Shown: piece after piece, positions 21,070-31,767 of the stretch
Layout: the number at the start of each line of letters is the position of its first letter
How positions within the stretch are numbered: position 1 is the stretch's first letter
From: Candidatus Omnitrophota bacterium
Lineage (GTDB): Bacteria > Omnitrophota > Gorgyraeia > Gorgyraeales > Gorgyraeaceae
Length of the DNA stretch: 64,000 nucleotides
Assembly: GCA_030649895.1 (NCBI GenBank)
Contig: JAUSEX010000052.1
Span: 80,988-144,987 of the forward strand
Direction: 5' to 3'
The notes under the pieces: generated by a model
The model's database searches: none
What the model saw: the letters and a program-made list of their open reading frames with translations, nothing else
Told to the model about the DNA's origin: nothing
Position numbers and translations under genes: made by a program

Positions 21070-22391
21070 TACATCTCCGCGCCCGGATTTATGCCCTTAT
21101 GTTTATAATTAACTATACCTACTGCTATCACTATAAAACAGAAAGGCAGCATAATAGCTCTGTGGCGGAATAATGTCCCGATATTTCCCTCTATCAATGC
21201 TAGTATTAAGCTCATAACAAATATATACGGGATGATCAAACTGCCTTCTTTAAATCTATTTTTTAGTATAAAAAATATCCCGTAAAACATAGCTGGTATA
21301 AATAAATAAAAAAGAGCCATTTCCGGCATGGCGCTTACCTGACTCAAGCTCCCCAGATTCCAAGGAAAAGGAGCTAACCATGCTATCAATAAAGATAGCG
21401 GCAAAAAAATAATAAAATTCTGAATATTACTGAAATTTAGGTTTACAAGAAAGGCGGATCCGCCGGATGCCCTGTAAGACCTCATCCTGTATAACCATTC
21501 TAACAATTCCTCTTTATTTCCTATAGCAGGCAATAAAGACTTCAAATCCTGGCCATGAAAAAAAATGATAATGCCACATGTTAAAATAAGAAATAAAAAC
21601 ATCTCTTTCCTGAACCTGGATGTAATGATTAAACTGAATAAGAATACAGCCATTAGCACTACTATCGCGAATCCGCGGAGTTCTTTTAAAGCAAATGCCG
21701 CGGCAATAGCCAAAAATATCAGATAGAACCTGAATCTTTTTCTTATCTGTAAAAAAATCCACATCAAAAAGCATATTAACAGCACTACTATAGGTTCCTT
21801 AAGATTCTGGATTGACCATAAGAAAGTAGACGGCCAAAAACACATCAGCATGGCAGCCAGCATCGCTGCCTTCCTGTTCAAAATCTCTTTTGTCATGGCA
21901 TAGACAAATACGATTGCCAGAGAACCTGCTATACAATTGATAAATATTAACGAAATCGGGCTTTTCCCTATAAAAAAATAAACTATCGCGTTCCAGTAAT
22001 CATAACCTCCAAGCGTTCCGCTTAAACTAGTAGTCCTCATATAAGAATCAATATATCTTATATCATGCGTTCCGTTTAGCCACATCTGAAGTATCGTATA
22101 TCCGTTCTCGCTATACGGCCAGCTATCGTGCAATAAGCCATGCCCATTCAGCACAAAAAGAAAATTATAAACCAGAGAAGCCATTATGATCCTTAAAAGA
22201 AACGCCGCTATGAATAAACTTAATAAAAAATAATAATCCTGCGCATCTTCCTGGCTGCACGAGATCAGGAATAATCCAAAAAATACACCTAAAAGCGCAA
22301 TTAAAAAAGGCGCTACATAAATTATCGGCGCGAAAACCGTTATCACAGCTACTACGATCCCGATTAAGATATAATTCCAGTTCTTTTGCAT
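21069..22391 (-). CDS. Polytopic membrane protein, putative Wzy polymerase / GT-C type transferase
   Basis: About 11 hydrophobic segments, DS..Y, LKE, APFPW and NIGTLFRHR motifs; located among glycosyltransferases. Confidence 0.6.
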   Translation of the reverse strand: MQKNWNYILIGIVVAVITVFAPIIYVAPFLIALLGVFFGLFLISCSQEDAQDYYFLLSLFIAAFLLRIIMASLVYNFLFVLNGHGLLHDSWPYSENGYTILQMWLNGTHDIRYIDSYMRTTSLSGTLGGYDYWNAIVYFFIGKSPISLIFINCIAGSLAIVFVYAMTKEILNRKAAMLAAMLMCFWPSTFLWSIQNLKEPIVVLLICFLMWIFLQIRKRFRFYLIFLAIAAAFALKELRGFAIVVLMAVFLFSLIITSRFRKEMFLFLILTCGIIIFFHGQDLKSLLPAIGNKEELLEWLYRMRSYRASGGSAFLVNLNFSNIQNFIIFLPLSLLIAWLAPFPWNLGSLSQVSAMPEMALFYLFIPAMFYGIFFILKNRFKEGSLIIPYIFVMSLILALIEGNIGTLFRHRAIMLPFCFIVIAVGIVNYKHKGINPGAEM

Positions 22392-22407
22392 ATTTCAGAA
22401 AATCCTG

Positions 22408-24258
22408 TCAATTTTTTATAAATGAATCCACAATCTCTTTAACCCTATCGGAAGCTTTTCCGTCTAATCTATAAGCATGTTCATTTAAATATGCCTTCCT
22501 ACCATTATTTAATTTATTTATAGTATCCTTATCAAATAAGGCATCCCGTATACAACCTTCTAAATCCTTCAGATCATTTACAATAATGGCAGCATGGCAT
22601 CTATTAAAATCCCATACATCCTCTCCTTCAAAATTAGAACTGCCGCTCAGGGAAATAACGGCTTTATCCAATAGAATCGCCTCATAACCTACTGTAGAAA
22701 GATGCGTTATTAGAAGATGACAGCCGCGGAGAAGTTTTAACATTTCAGCATGCTGGTTTATGGTATAGTCCGATAGGCCCGCTTCCTTGATTGTATTCTT
22801 ATACATATTTAAATCTTTTTCATATGGATGAATTTTGATTATCAAATGCGCTTCTTTTATGTTGTTCATTGCATTACATACTGCTTTCAATTGCTCTATT
22901 GCCTCATATGCTACCATCCCTATATCTAACTCTGTATGATTGGTAGCAAAAACAACTGTCTTTTTAGATCCGTCTGAAATATTTGATTCTTTTATATTAA
23001 ATCTATCACTAACCATAACATCATATTTAGCCGGGCCGGTGACCAAAACCTTATCCGGGTCAAATGCCTGTCTTTTTAACAGATACTCTTTCCAATAAAC
23101 CCCATCTACCGTGATAACATCCGTTACAACAGGGCCAAAAAAATAAAGTTCGTTGATAAAACCATTCTGCATATGCACAACAGGCATAGACATGCTTTTC
23201 GCTGTCAAGATAATATCCGCGGAATAATTAGCTACTACGATTAACCGAGGTTCATAACGCGAGATAATGCCTCTCATGACATCTATGTTGTATGCGCTGT
23301 TTGGAAATATCCTGCAAATTGCCTCTTCCATCACATCTTCCATAAAACTTCCTATGGAAACTTCTTTATATAATAAGTCTTTGTAAAAAGAGCTGTTTTT
23401 CCGGATTGCGCCTTTGATTTCTTTCAGCAACCGTTTGACATGCGGATTAAACAAAATATATGGCTTATATCCGTTAAAATCCATGTAAAATATTCTATTC
23501 TCCTTTAATCTTGCGGAACATTCCGACGAAAATGTATCCACTACCAGCCGTTCCTCATCATTATACTTAAGAATTACCGGCAAAATAGAATCAAAGCACC
23601 TTTTAACTGAAGTAAAGAATATGACCTTGCATTTTTTGCGGCCTTTTTTGAATTTTGCAAGATTGCTGGATAAAAATTTAAGATTTACCAAAAATCTTTT
23701 TAGAGTTCTTGCGAAAACTATGAATCTCCTAAAAACCCAGCTTAGATACAACTTGTCCCTGTTAACTTTTTCATAGACGAAAAAAGGGATTTGTTTTTTT
23801 TCACAGACCAGCTTAAATATACGCCCCAATTTGGAAGAACTATTTATACAGTGTACTTCTGAAGGATTTTCTATATCCAACACTGTGTATGCCATGTTAA
23901 TTTTGTATAAGATAGGCAATAGTTCTGAGAATACATGCTGAACGCTAACATTCCACAGAGAAACCCCTTTATACGCTGTCAGATCCCTGAGTTTTAAACC
24001 TTCACAAACCTCTTTCTCTGCCAGAGAATAAAATAAATCATGCGCATCCCGCCTGATATCAGCATAGCTGGTATGAAAAAAATCTTTGTAATGATTGAAT
24101 TTTTTTGCCGCATATCTTTTATACGCGATATCGACATTGTCCTGCGCCAATACCATAGGATTTTTTCCGGCATTAACGAGCTTATCGTACAATACAACCG
24201 CATTCTTAATGTCTGAACCATCTGTTAATAAGATTATGCTTTTATTGATGCTGTTCAT
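22408..24258 (-). CDS. GT-B-fold polysaccharide biosynthesis protein (putative nonulosonate transferase)
   Basis: MQNG, VTGPAKYD, IKIHPYE, STVGYEA, DGKASDRV. Confidence 0.6.
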   Translation of the reverse strand: MNSINKSIILLTDGSDIKNAVVLYDKLVNAGKNPMVLAQDNVDIAYKRYAAKKFNHYKDFFHTSYADIRRDAHDLFYSLAEKEVCEGLKLRDLTAYKGVSLWNVSVQHVFSELLPILYKINMAYTVLDIENPSEVHCINSSSKLGRIFKLVCEKKQIPFFVYEKVNRDKLYLSWVFRRFIVFARTLKRFLVNLKFLSSNLAKFKKGRKKCKVIFFTSVKRCFDSILPVILKYNDEERLVVDTFSSECSARLKENRIFYMDFNGYKPYILFNPHVKRLLKEIKGAIRKNSSFYKDLLYKEVSIGSFMEDVMEEAICRIFPNSAYNIDVMRGIISRYEPRLIVVANYSADIILTAKSMSMPVVHMQNGFINELYFFGPVVTDVITVDGVYWKEYLLKRQAFDPDKVLVTGPAKYDVMVSDRFNIKESNISDGSKKTVVFATNHTELDIGMVAYEAIEQLKAVCNAMNNIKEAHLIIKIHPYEKDLNMYKNTIKEAGLSDYTINQHAEMLKLLRGCHLLITHLSTVGYEAILLDKAVISLSGSSNFEGEDVWDFNRCHAAIIVNDLKDLEGCIRDALFDKDTINKLNNGRKAYLNEHAYRLDGKASDRVKEIVDSFIKN

Positions 24259-24288
24259 TGATTTTAAATCAAGGTAGGCTACACGCCT

Positions 24289-25662
24289 TTAGTCCTGGTT
24301 TATTATATTTTTAACAGCTCTGTCAGTATCGCAGTCATGCACAACAACTTCGCAAACCCCATATTTATCCGCGCAGGCAACGCCTATCTTCTCAATCTTT
24401 TCAAAAGGGAATGTCTGCCAATCAAAGGTATATTTCCAGCAATTCTTCTCCAATGCGAAATCCAGATTGTCATAATAATACCTTCCATTCTTGTCTTTAA
24501 TAGCAAGAAAAGGCTGAGGGCCAAAGATATCTGACTGCGTCTTTACGATCATATCGATAGTATCGTGAGATATGGCATGCTTAAAAAAATCCACTTTTAA
24601 CCCGATATTTGCCTGCCGTTCAAGTTTTAAATGCCTGACAGCGGCTTCTACGGCATTGGAATACCTGAACTCTACCTTCTTCCATTTTTTACCAGCCTTT
24701 TCAATCATGCCCCGGACCTTATTTATATCTAAGGTCATATCCCTGAAATCATGGTCAGTAAAAGCCAGCACACTGGACATATTCTTATCAGCCTGGCGGA
24801 ATGCTTCATCAACATCTTGCTGGGTAAGCTCCCGAAGCCTTGCTTCCATATTCAGGCATCTGAAAATCCAGCGCCTGCAGCGGCCTTCAACCTGATAATC
24901 GTCATGGCTGGGATGATAAGCTCCCCAGATTTCAGGAGATCTACGCCAGTCTCCGAACCTTCCATCTGCTGCGTCCGGCTGCAGCACATCCTGCGCAGTA
25001 GCCTGGTTTGAATAATCAAAAGGCATCCATTGCTCCAGAAACCAATTGCTGTCAGGCCGAATAGTATGGAACCCGGGCCTAAAAACAGACGGGAACCATT
25101 TCCTATCAATTATCTTTTTAGCCAATATCTCAAACAGATGATTCTGGTTAAAATAAAAAGTTGCGCAAGAATGCGCCATTTTATTATACGGCAAAGGATG
25201 ATAATGAAAATATACCCTGTCTTTTTTATTTATATCGCGCTCAAGAAGACCGCTAAAATAATCGAATATCCTGTGATCTCCCATATCGCGCTTCCTGGGA
25301 TTGGCATCATAACCTACATGGTCTACGCAAAACCAGTTATATACCCATCCGCCGCCAAAAGAATCCGGCAGCATATTCCTGAAAGATAAGGAGGTAATCC
25401 GATTCAGCATTTTATCTATATCTTCCCATGTTTCGTTGAATGAAACGCGCTTTTGTCCTACCAGATTCATCACCTCTTCTGTCTTATTCCCAAGGTCGAA
25501 ACCGCCTTTCTGCAATTTCAACAAATTCTCTCTTGTCGCTTCTATATCTACGCCAAAAATCTGCCTTAAACGTTCAAAAGTACCAGCCAATGACTCGCTC
25601 AAAGGCCCCTCTGTGTCAACGCAATGAACTATATAAACTATTCTCTCTTTTTCCATTGTCAT
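24289..25662 (-). CDS. Hypothetical protein, deacetylase-like metal barrel
   Basis: HCVDTEGP, DHVG, FHYHP, FRPGFH, GDWRRSP, HDFRDM. Confidence 0.55.
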   Translation of the reverse strand: MTMEKERIVYIVHCVDTEGPLSESLAGTFERLRQIFGVDIEATRENLLKLQKGGFDLGNKTEEVMNLVGQKRVSFNETWEDIDKMLNRITSLSFRNMLPDSFGGGWVYNWFCVDHVGYDANPRKRDMGDHRIFDYFSGLLERDINKKDRVYFHYHPLPYNKMAHSCATFYFNQNHLFEILAKKIIDRKWFPSVFRPGFHTIRPDSNWFLEQWMPFDYSNQATAQDVLQPDAADGRFGDWRRSPEIWGAYHPSHDDYQVEGRCRRWIFRCLNMEARLRELTQQDVDEAFRQADKNMSSVLAFTDHDFRDMTLDINKVRGMIEKAGKKWKKVEFRYSNAVEAAVRHLKLERQANIGLKVDFFKHAISHDTIDMIVKTQSDIFGPQPFLAIKDKNGRYYYDNLDFALEKNCWKYTFDWQTFPFEKIEKIGVACADKYGVCEVVVHDCDTDRAVKNIINQD

Positions 25663-26990
25663 TTTTTTAGAATGGCTTTTTTTACAAAACCTTTCAGGTA
25701 TTCCTTAGTTAAACCATGCGGTATAAATATAGGTTCCCACAGATTAAGCTTGTCCCAATCCCCAGGCTCAGCCCCTTCCCATCTGCCGTATTTGTGCCAT
25801 TCCTTATAAATATCTGTATTTGGTATAGGCGTAAAAGCTGACATTGAAATATAGTCCAGATCTATCTTTTTAATAAATTCATGCGTCTCCCGCAAGGTTT
25901 CTTCCGTCTCGTTCGGGCACCCTGCCATAAATAAACCTTTCACGGTAATTCCAAACTGTTTTGCTGTTTTAACAGCGTTCTCAATCTGCTCAACAGTCAC
26001 ATCTTTCTTTAATATATCCAATATCTTCTGAGAACCGCTTTCTATACCAAGCGCAATCTGCCAACAGCCAGCCTCTTTCATTATCTTTACGACATCCGCA
26101 CTCACAGAATCAGCCCTGCCAATCGTACTCCATAAAAGATCCGGATGCTTTTGCTTTATCCCATCGCATATTTCAATTACGCGTTTTTTATTTACCATAA
26201 AATGATCGTCCTGGAAGTTTATATCCTTTATTCCGTATTTTGACACAAGATGATCTACCCAGCTCAATATAGTCCCTACACTATGCGCCCTCCATACCCG
26301 GCCGAATACAGATCTGTCGCAAAATGTGCACCTGTTGGGGCATCCTCTCGATGTTACTATGGCGACCGCGGGCAGGGCCCTGTAGGTCATTATAGACGGC
26401 CTGTAATAATCCGGCAGGTGAGGAAGAAGATCCCATCTCGGCATAGGAAGGGTATCGAGATTTTTAATCAGCGGCCTAGGCGCAGTATATGTTATATCGC
26501 CGCGTTCATCTTTGAAAACTATGCCTTTAATATCTTTCAAATTTCCGCCTTTTTCGTAGCATTCTATCAATTCCGGCAGGGTATATTCGCCCTCGTGCAG
26601 AACGCCTGCCTCAAACATCGGATATCTTTTAAATGTCTCTTCCGGGCAGGCATTTATATGCGGTCCTCCCAGAATAATCTTTACATCCGGGATAACAGCC
26701 TTTAGCATTTCATGCAGCCTGGCAATAGTATGCATGCATATGGTAAAAGTTATTATCCCTATATAATCGGGCTTTAACTCTGCCACCTTTTTTACGGTTT
26801 CATCCAATCCTATAAACAACGCCTGCGAATCAATGATTGATACATTAAACTCCTCTTCGGAAAACATCGCGGCTAAATGGCACAATCCCTGCGGAGGATG
26901 TATATGTGAAACTATATTTTTTGAACTGCCAAATTTTTCTTCGACTGAAAGTGGCGGATGTATAAGGACTATATTTTTTTTGTTTTTCAT
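25659..26990 (-). CDS. Cobalamin-binding radical SAM enzyme
   Basis: PPQGL, LGGPH, EGE, TSRGCPNRCTFC, QDDHF, GIESGS. Confidence 0.9.
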   Translation of the reverse strand: MKNKKNIVLIHPPLSVEEKFGSSKNIVSHIHPPQGLCHLAAMFSEEEFNVSIIDSQALFIGLDETVKKVAELKPDYIGIITFTICMHTIARLHEMLKAVIPDVKIILGGPHINACPEETFKRYPMFEAGVLHEGEYTLPELIECYEKGGNLKDIKGIVFKDERGDITYTAPRPLIKNLDTLPMPRWDLLPHLPDYYRPSIMTYRALPAVAIVTSRGCPNRCTFCDRSVFGRVWRAHSVGTILSWVDHLVSKYGIKDINFQDDHFMVNKKRVIEICDGIKQKHPDLLWSTIGRADSVSADVVKIMKEAGCWQIALGIESGSQKILDILKKDVTVEQIENAVKTAKQFGITVKGLFMAGCPNETEETLRETHEFIKKIDLDYISMSAFTPIPNTDIYKEWHKYGRWEGAEPGDWDKLNLWEPIFIPHGLTKEYLKGFVKKAILKK

Positions 26991-26993
26991 TGT

Positions 26994-27725
26994 TTATTTA
27001 ACCCTCTTCAATTTAAAAATGGCTTCGGCTACATAAAAATCTAACTCATTATCTATATCAATAGAAGACATAGAATCAGTAATCACCACTCCTCTTTTCT
27101 GTTTTGGGCCAGGCAGACATAATCTTGCTGTATCCATATTATTAAGAATATACTCTACCCTACCTGCAAATGCTGCACCTGTGCTTCTATATAAAGTTTC
27201 TTCGGCCTGCCTATGAGTTATTGCACGGTCATAACCATCTATAAAAGCAAATTCAGGTATGCTATCTTTGATTCTCAACGTCCATTGCGAAGGATGGTCG
27301 ACTTTGCAAACTGTAAAAACAGCGTCCAGCTCTTCCTCTACTATCTTTTTTATTACTGAATAGATATCCGCTATCTTTGTCAGAGGCGAATTGGCCTGCA
27401 GAACCAATACATAATCAAATCTTTCACCCGCCTTTTCCATCCGTTTTATTGCGTCAGCAATAACCAATATCAAAGGCGCACTATTAGTCGCAAGTTTTTT
27501 ATCCCTCAAAAAAGGCGTTTCAGCGCCATATTTTCTGGCAATCCCGGCTATAGCCTCATCTTCGGTAGAAACAATTACCCTGTCTATCTCTTTAATGCTA
27601 AGCGCCTTCTCTATACTATGCGCTATCATGGGTTTGCCGCCTATTACCTTGACATTTTTGCCGGGTAATCCCACAGACCCCATCCTGGCCGGAATAATAG
27701 AAAGTACCCTTTTGTTATTTATCAT
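26994..27725 (-). CDS. neuA: Acylneuraminate cytidylyltransferase (NeuA family)
   Basis: PARMGSVGLPGKN, STED, LQANSP, RQ, DIDNELD. Confidence 0.9.
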   Translation of the reverse strand: MINNKRVLSIIPARMGSVGLPGKNVKVIGGKPMIAHSIEKALSIKEIDRVIVSTEDEAIAGIARKYGAETPFLRDKKLATNSAPLILVIADAIKRMEKAGERFDYVLVLQANSPLTKIADIYSVIKKIVEEELDAVFTVCKVDHPSQWTLRIKDSIPEFAFIDGYDRAITHRQAEETLYRSTGAAFAGRVEYILNNMDTARLCLPGPKQKRGVVITDSMSSIDIDNELDFYVAEAIFKLKRVK

Positions 27726-28509
27726 GGCTTTTTGCCCTCAGAAACGTTTTGCTTACACCATTAGATACGATAATGCCTGCGCATTCGGTCTTATTGGCAA
27801 CGCCGATTTTCTGTAAAAATAAGGCGTACTCATAAAATTCCCCGGCACCATTACCGGCGATCATATATCTATTGCGGGAAAAATCTCCTCTTTTCTCATA
27901 ATAATAGGCCTTCAACAGTTTAAAACCAAAAGCATCAAGATTAGCAAGCAGATTCGCAACATCTGTAAAATAATTTGGATGAGACTTCTCTCTTGCTCTT
28001 ATTTCCGCCACCAAGGCTTTTTCATCGTCATCTTTGTAATTATCGTTTTTCCCAGTTATTAAAACCTTCCCGCCATGTTTTAATTTTTCATTGATTTCTA
28101 CCAAAGCCTCTTTTTGATATAACGCGTCAAAAACCGCGAAGCAGACTATTTTAGTGAATGATTCGTTTTTAAAAGGCGGCTTTTCAGCTTCTGCGACTAT
28201 CAGACCATTTGTCTCATCGCCATAATCATTCTTTGCGGCCCTTACCATGGCTTCTGAAATATCCATACCATACACATTTTTAGATTGTGTCAATAGACGC
28301 TCAAGCCCTCTTCCAAATCCACACCCTATCTCCAGCACTATGTCTTCTGCGCCTATAGACAATCCCTTGATTAAACTATAATAGGTAAATCTGTCCGCTG
28401 TCTTTGTATCGCCTTTAATTACATTACTGACCCCGGATAATTCCGCTTCTTCTGTCCTTTGTTTCCAATATTCACAGTATTCTTTATTCCAATATTTTTT
28501 TCTATCCAT
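27715..28509 (-). CDS. Class I SAM-dependent methyltransferase
   Basis: VLEIGCGFGR, GMDISEAM, LKHGG. Confidence 0.85.
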   Translation of the reverse strand: MDRKKYWNKEYCEYWKQRTEEAELSGVSNVIKGDTKTADRFTYYSLIKGLSIGAEDIVLEIGCGFGRGLERLLTQSKNVYGMDISEAMVRAAKNDYGDETNGLIVAEAEKPPFKNESFTKIVCFAVFDALYQKEALVEINEKLKHGGKVLITGKNDNYKDDDEKALVAEIRAREKSHPNYFTDVANLLANLDAFGFKLLKAYYYEKRGDFSRNRYMIAGNGAGEFYEYALFLQKIGVANKTECAGIIVSNGVSKTFLRAKSHDK

Positions 28510-28516
28510 ATCCCTA

Positions 28517-29515
28517 TTAAATAAATACTTCTTTTAACAGTTTCTTTATCTCTTTTACGGTCATAAAACTACCACTATGCTGCGATTTGTATATTTTCGG
28601 CATACGGCTGCCTTTGGCTTTTTTATTGCATTCAAAAGACGGCAGTATAAACATATCCTTTGTTTCGCACGCAATCCCAGCTTCGTCCTCATTCATTAAT
28701 TCTTCATACATCTTCTCTCCGCTCCTCCTACCTATGAATTTCATTTTAATCTCTTCCGGCGCATAACCGCAAGACAGAGCCATCTCTTCAATCATCGCCT
28801 TTGCTAAATCTTTTATGCGCAAAACCGGCATTTTAAGTATGAATATCTCTCCTCCCTCGGACATCTGCGCGGCCTTAAGGACAAGCTCTGTAGCCTTGTC
28901 GATACTCATGATAAACCTTGTCATGCCGTTGTCCGTAATCGTGACAGGCCCGCCCTTTTTTATCTGTTCCATGAATATAGGTAAGACAGAGCCCTGTGAA
29001 TTCAACACATTACCGAACCTCACGCATGAAAAAGTAGTGTCTCTTTTGCCTTTATATAAATTAGCGGAGACTGTTAGTCTCTCGGCGAGGAGTTTAGACG
29101 CGCCCAGGACATTTATGGGGTTAACCGCCTTATCTGTGCTTATGGTCACGAACTTTTTAACCTCTTCCTCAAGCGCGGCTTCTATCAAATTCTTTGTCCC
29201 CAAGACATTCGTCTGCACGGCCTCGAATGGATTAGACTCGCAGAGAGGCACATGTTTCAGCGCGGCTGCATGGAATATTATATCAACATCTTCTACTGCC
29301 CTTACCAATCTCCCTTTATCTTTTATATCACCTACTAAAAATCTTGTCTTTTTCCCATGTAACGCCTGCTCTAAATTAAACAGCCCTGTTTCATTTGTAT
29401 CCAAAATCCTCACTGTCCTGGGGTTGAACTCCAGGAGCTTCCTGACCAGGGCACTGCCTATGGAACCTGCCCCGCCTGTTACAAGTATTGTTTTCCCTTC
29501 ATATAAATTTTTCAT
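28517..29515 (-). CDS. UDP-GlcNAc 4,6-dehydratase family (PseB/PglF/CapD catalytic domain)
   Basis: TGGAGSIGS, HAAALKHVP, STDKAVNP, VRFGNV, GEKMYEEL. Confidence 0.9.
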   Translation of the reverse strand: MKNLYEGKTILVTGGAGSIGSALVRKLLEFNPRTVRILDTNETGLFNLEQALHGKKTRFLVGDIKDKGRLVRAVEDVDIIFHAAALKHVPLCESNPFEAVQTNVLGTKNLIEAALEEEVKKFVTISTDKAVNPINVLGASKLLAERLTVSANLYKGKRDTTFSCVRFGNVLNSQGSVLPIFMEQIKKGGPVTITDNGMTRFIMSIDKATELVLKAAQMSEGGEIFILKMPVLRIKDLAKAMIEEMALSCGYAPEEIKMKFIGRRSGEKMYEELMNEDEAGIACETKDMFILPSFECNKKAKGSRMPKIYKSQHSGSFMTVKEIKKLLKEVFI

Positions 29516-30468
29516 GACATGACTCCTTTTATTTTAATAAGGTCATTTACGTCTAATCTGGGTAAGGTAAGTGGCCTATCCGAGGTTAAATCCGCAATCC
29601 GCGGTTCTGTAGTAAGGCCTGCGACGCAACCTTTATCTTTAATAATCTTCAGCAAAAAATCATTATAACTGCCATAGGGATAACACATTACCCATTCTTT
29701 AATATCGCATCCGATTATATCATGCAAAAAACTCAAAGATAGCGCTATTTCTGTTTTCTGCTTATATTCATCCATTTCATTAAGCCAAGAATGTCCAAAA
29801 CCATGGCTTCCAATATACATTCCATTCCTTTTCATACATTTAAGCTGGTCTACATTAAGATATAATTCATTGCAGAAACTTTTCTCATTTTTTGTAACAT
29901 ATTTATTAAAAAGCCTGCCCGTAATTTCATTCCTTAAATCTTCCGGTAATTCCTTTTGTAATATTCTTTTTATAAATACCACTTCTTTTGTGTCAAAGCG
30001 ATCTTTAACCGCTAATTTCCTAAAATAATAACGATTACATTCCAGAGAATACTTTTGCTTATATTCATCTAATAATGAAAATATCTCTTCTACTAATTTT
30101 TGTTTATCATTAATAGACGCTAGTATAAAATGTATTTTATTAACATCTAAAACCTGACTGTGGGTAACAGCCTTTACCGGAGGAAAAAAACTTCCACTGA
30201 CCCCTGATTCCTTCAGCAAAGGAAAGACGTTTATAAAATGATCCGCGTAACCATCGTCGAAAGTGAGTAAAGCCGCACGCTTAGGAAGGCTATCCCCGTA
30301 CTTTAGGGAATATATCAGCTCTTCCATTGAGATGATATTACAGCATCTTATTAAATATTTTAATTGCTTTCTGAAATGAAGCAGAGACAGTCCTTTAATC
30401 TCAGGAAAACGAGAATTTTTAAATTCTCTGACGTAGTGATACATTATTATTGAAACTTTATTTTTCAT
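29512..30468 (-). CDS. Polysaccharide deacetylase family protein
   Basis: MYHYVR, LTFDDG, IGSHG, YPYG, LPRLD. Confidence 0.9.
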   Translation of the reverse strand: MKNKVSIIMYHYVREFKNSRFPEIKGLSLLHFRKQLKYLIRCCNIISMEELIYSLKYGDSLPKRAALLTFDDGYADHFINVFPLLKESGVSGSFFPPVKAVTHSQVLDVNKIHFILASINDKQKLVEEIFSLLDEYKQKYSLECNRYYFRKLAVKDRFDTKEVVFIKRILQKELPEDLRNEITGRLFNKYVTKNEKSFCNELYLNVDQLKCMKRNGMYIGSHGFGHSWLNEMDEYKQKTEIALSLSFLHDIIGCDIKEWVMCYPYGSYNDFLLKIIKDKGCVAGLTTEPRIADLTSDRPLTLPRLDVNDLIKIKGVMS

Positions 30469-31595
30469 TGCGCGCTTTTTCTTTCTGATATCTGATCAAT
30501 ATTGTTTAATCTATCTCTGTCTGAATCAGTCCTGGTAAAAAATATCTGTTTTTCTGTCAGTCTTGAAATTTCATTTTTATATTTCTTGCTAAACAAGCCT
30601 ATATATTCATTATTTAAGCGATTTTCTACCGGACACGTGACAAATGGCAATAAACCGGCATCTTCATTACGAAGAAAAGAAAAACCATGTTTTTCTAATA
30701 CATCCCCGTAAGCTGAACCAAAAGAAGAAAAATCAATATAGATATGCCCAGAGCCTTTGGCGCGTAGCACCACTTCACATAATACCTCCGGCATATAATC
30801 TTTTATGCCTAATAAATCTATTATACGCGTAATGTAAAAGTCGGTGGAATGCAAGCGTTCTACCCTGATTATCGCATAAGATAATATTTTATTAGCCAAA
30901 ACATAAGCTATGCAATGATATTTAATATACGGGTTATCAAAAAATCGCCATTTCAAAAAATTAATATCACGTTGTGTAACTGCCGCCGCAGGATACTCGC
31001 AGTTCAGATAAAAATTATCTATGTTTTCTCTGCTTATTTCAGTTACATTAACATTACCATCTGAAAACTCAAAATTTACGGGCTTAAATAGACTTCTCGC
31101 TTTAACAAAATCCTGCCCTATTATTTTTACAATATCAAAAGTTTTTTCGTTTAAATTTAATGCATACCGGTTAAATCGTTTATTCTCAAATGTATTGAAT
31201 CCTAACTCTCTATAAAACGAAGCGGTCTTTGAAGTAAAACCGATAACTCCAAATACATCGTGCCTGTTTATCATATTATTCACAAACGTGCTATTTATAC
31301 CGCGACCTCTCCATTCCGGAAGAGTATACGCATTAACGCCCCAGGCAAATGATACAGGAGTATTATTTAATATAAGCGCATATCTCAATTCTCCATAATG
31401 CGCTACTATTTCGTTTTCTTTATCCACTGCAATTAGAGAGGTTATAAAAGACTTTTTTTCAAATTGCGAAAAACCGAAGTACCACTTTAAAAATATGGAA
31501 TCCTGGAAAATAGTCTTAGACCCGTACGCTTTAATAAAAAATTTTGCCAGGTTATTTAAGTCTTCTTCGTTAAAAGAGCGTATTGTATATTTCAT
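30465..31595 (-). CDS. GNAT-family acyltransferase
   Basis: LKWYF, LPEWRGRG, FLKWRFFDNP (tandem GNAT/FemAB-like). Confidence 0.75.
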   Translation of the reverse strand: MKYTIRSFNEEDLNNLAKFFIKAYGSKTIFQDSIFLKWYFGFSQFEKKSFITSLIAVDKENEIVAHYGELRYALILNNTPVSFAWGVNAYTLPEWRGRGINSTFVNNMINRHDVFGVIGFTSKTASFYRELGFNTFENKRFNRYALNLNEKTFDIVKIIGQDFVKARSLFKPVNFEFSDGNVNVTEISRENIDNFYLNCEYPAAAVTQRDINFLKWRFFDNPYIKYHCIAYVLANKILSYAIIRVERLHSTDFYITRIIDLLGIKDYMPEVLCEVVLRAKGSGHIYIDFSSFGSAYGDVLEKHGFSFLRNEDAGLLPFVTCPVENRLNNEYIGLFSKKYKNEISRLTEKQIFFTRTDSDRDRLNNIDQISERKSAQ

Positions 31596-31767
31596 ACAGT
31601 TTGTTTTTCAACCAGGATATAATTTGAAGATATTTAAAATCTCTCTTAATGATAATTTTTGCGTTAGAATCAACTATCTTATCTTAAGCCATATTTTAGC
31701 ATGGCTTGTTTTACGGGTTATTATCTCTAACGCTTTGAAAAATATTTGCAATTTTTATCTTGACCTA

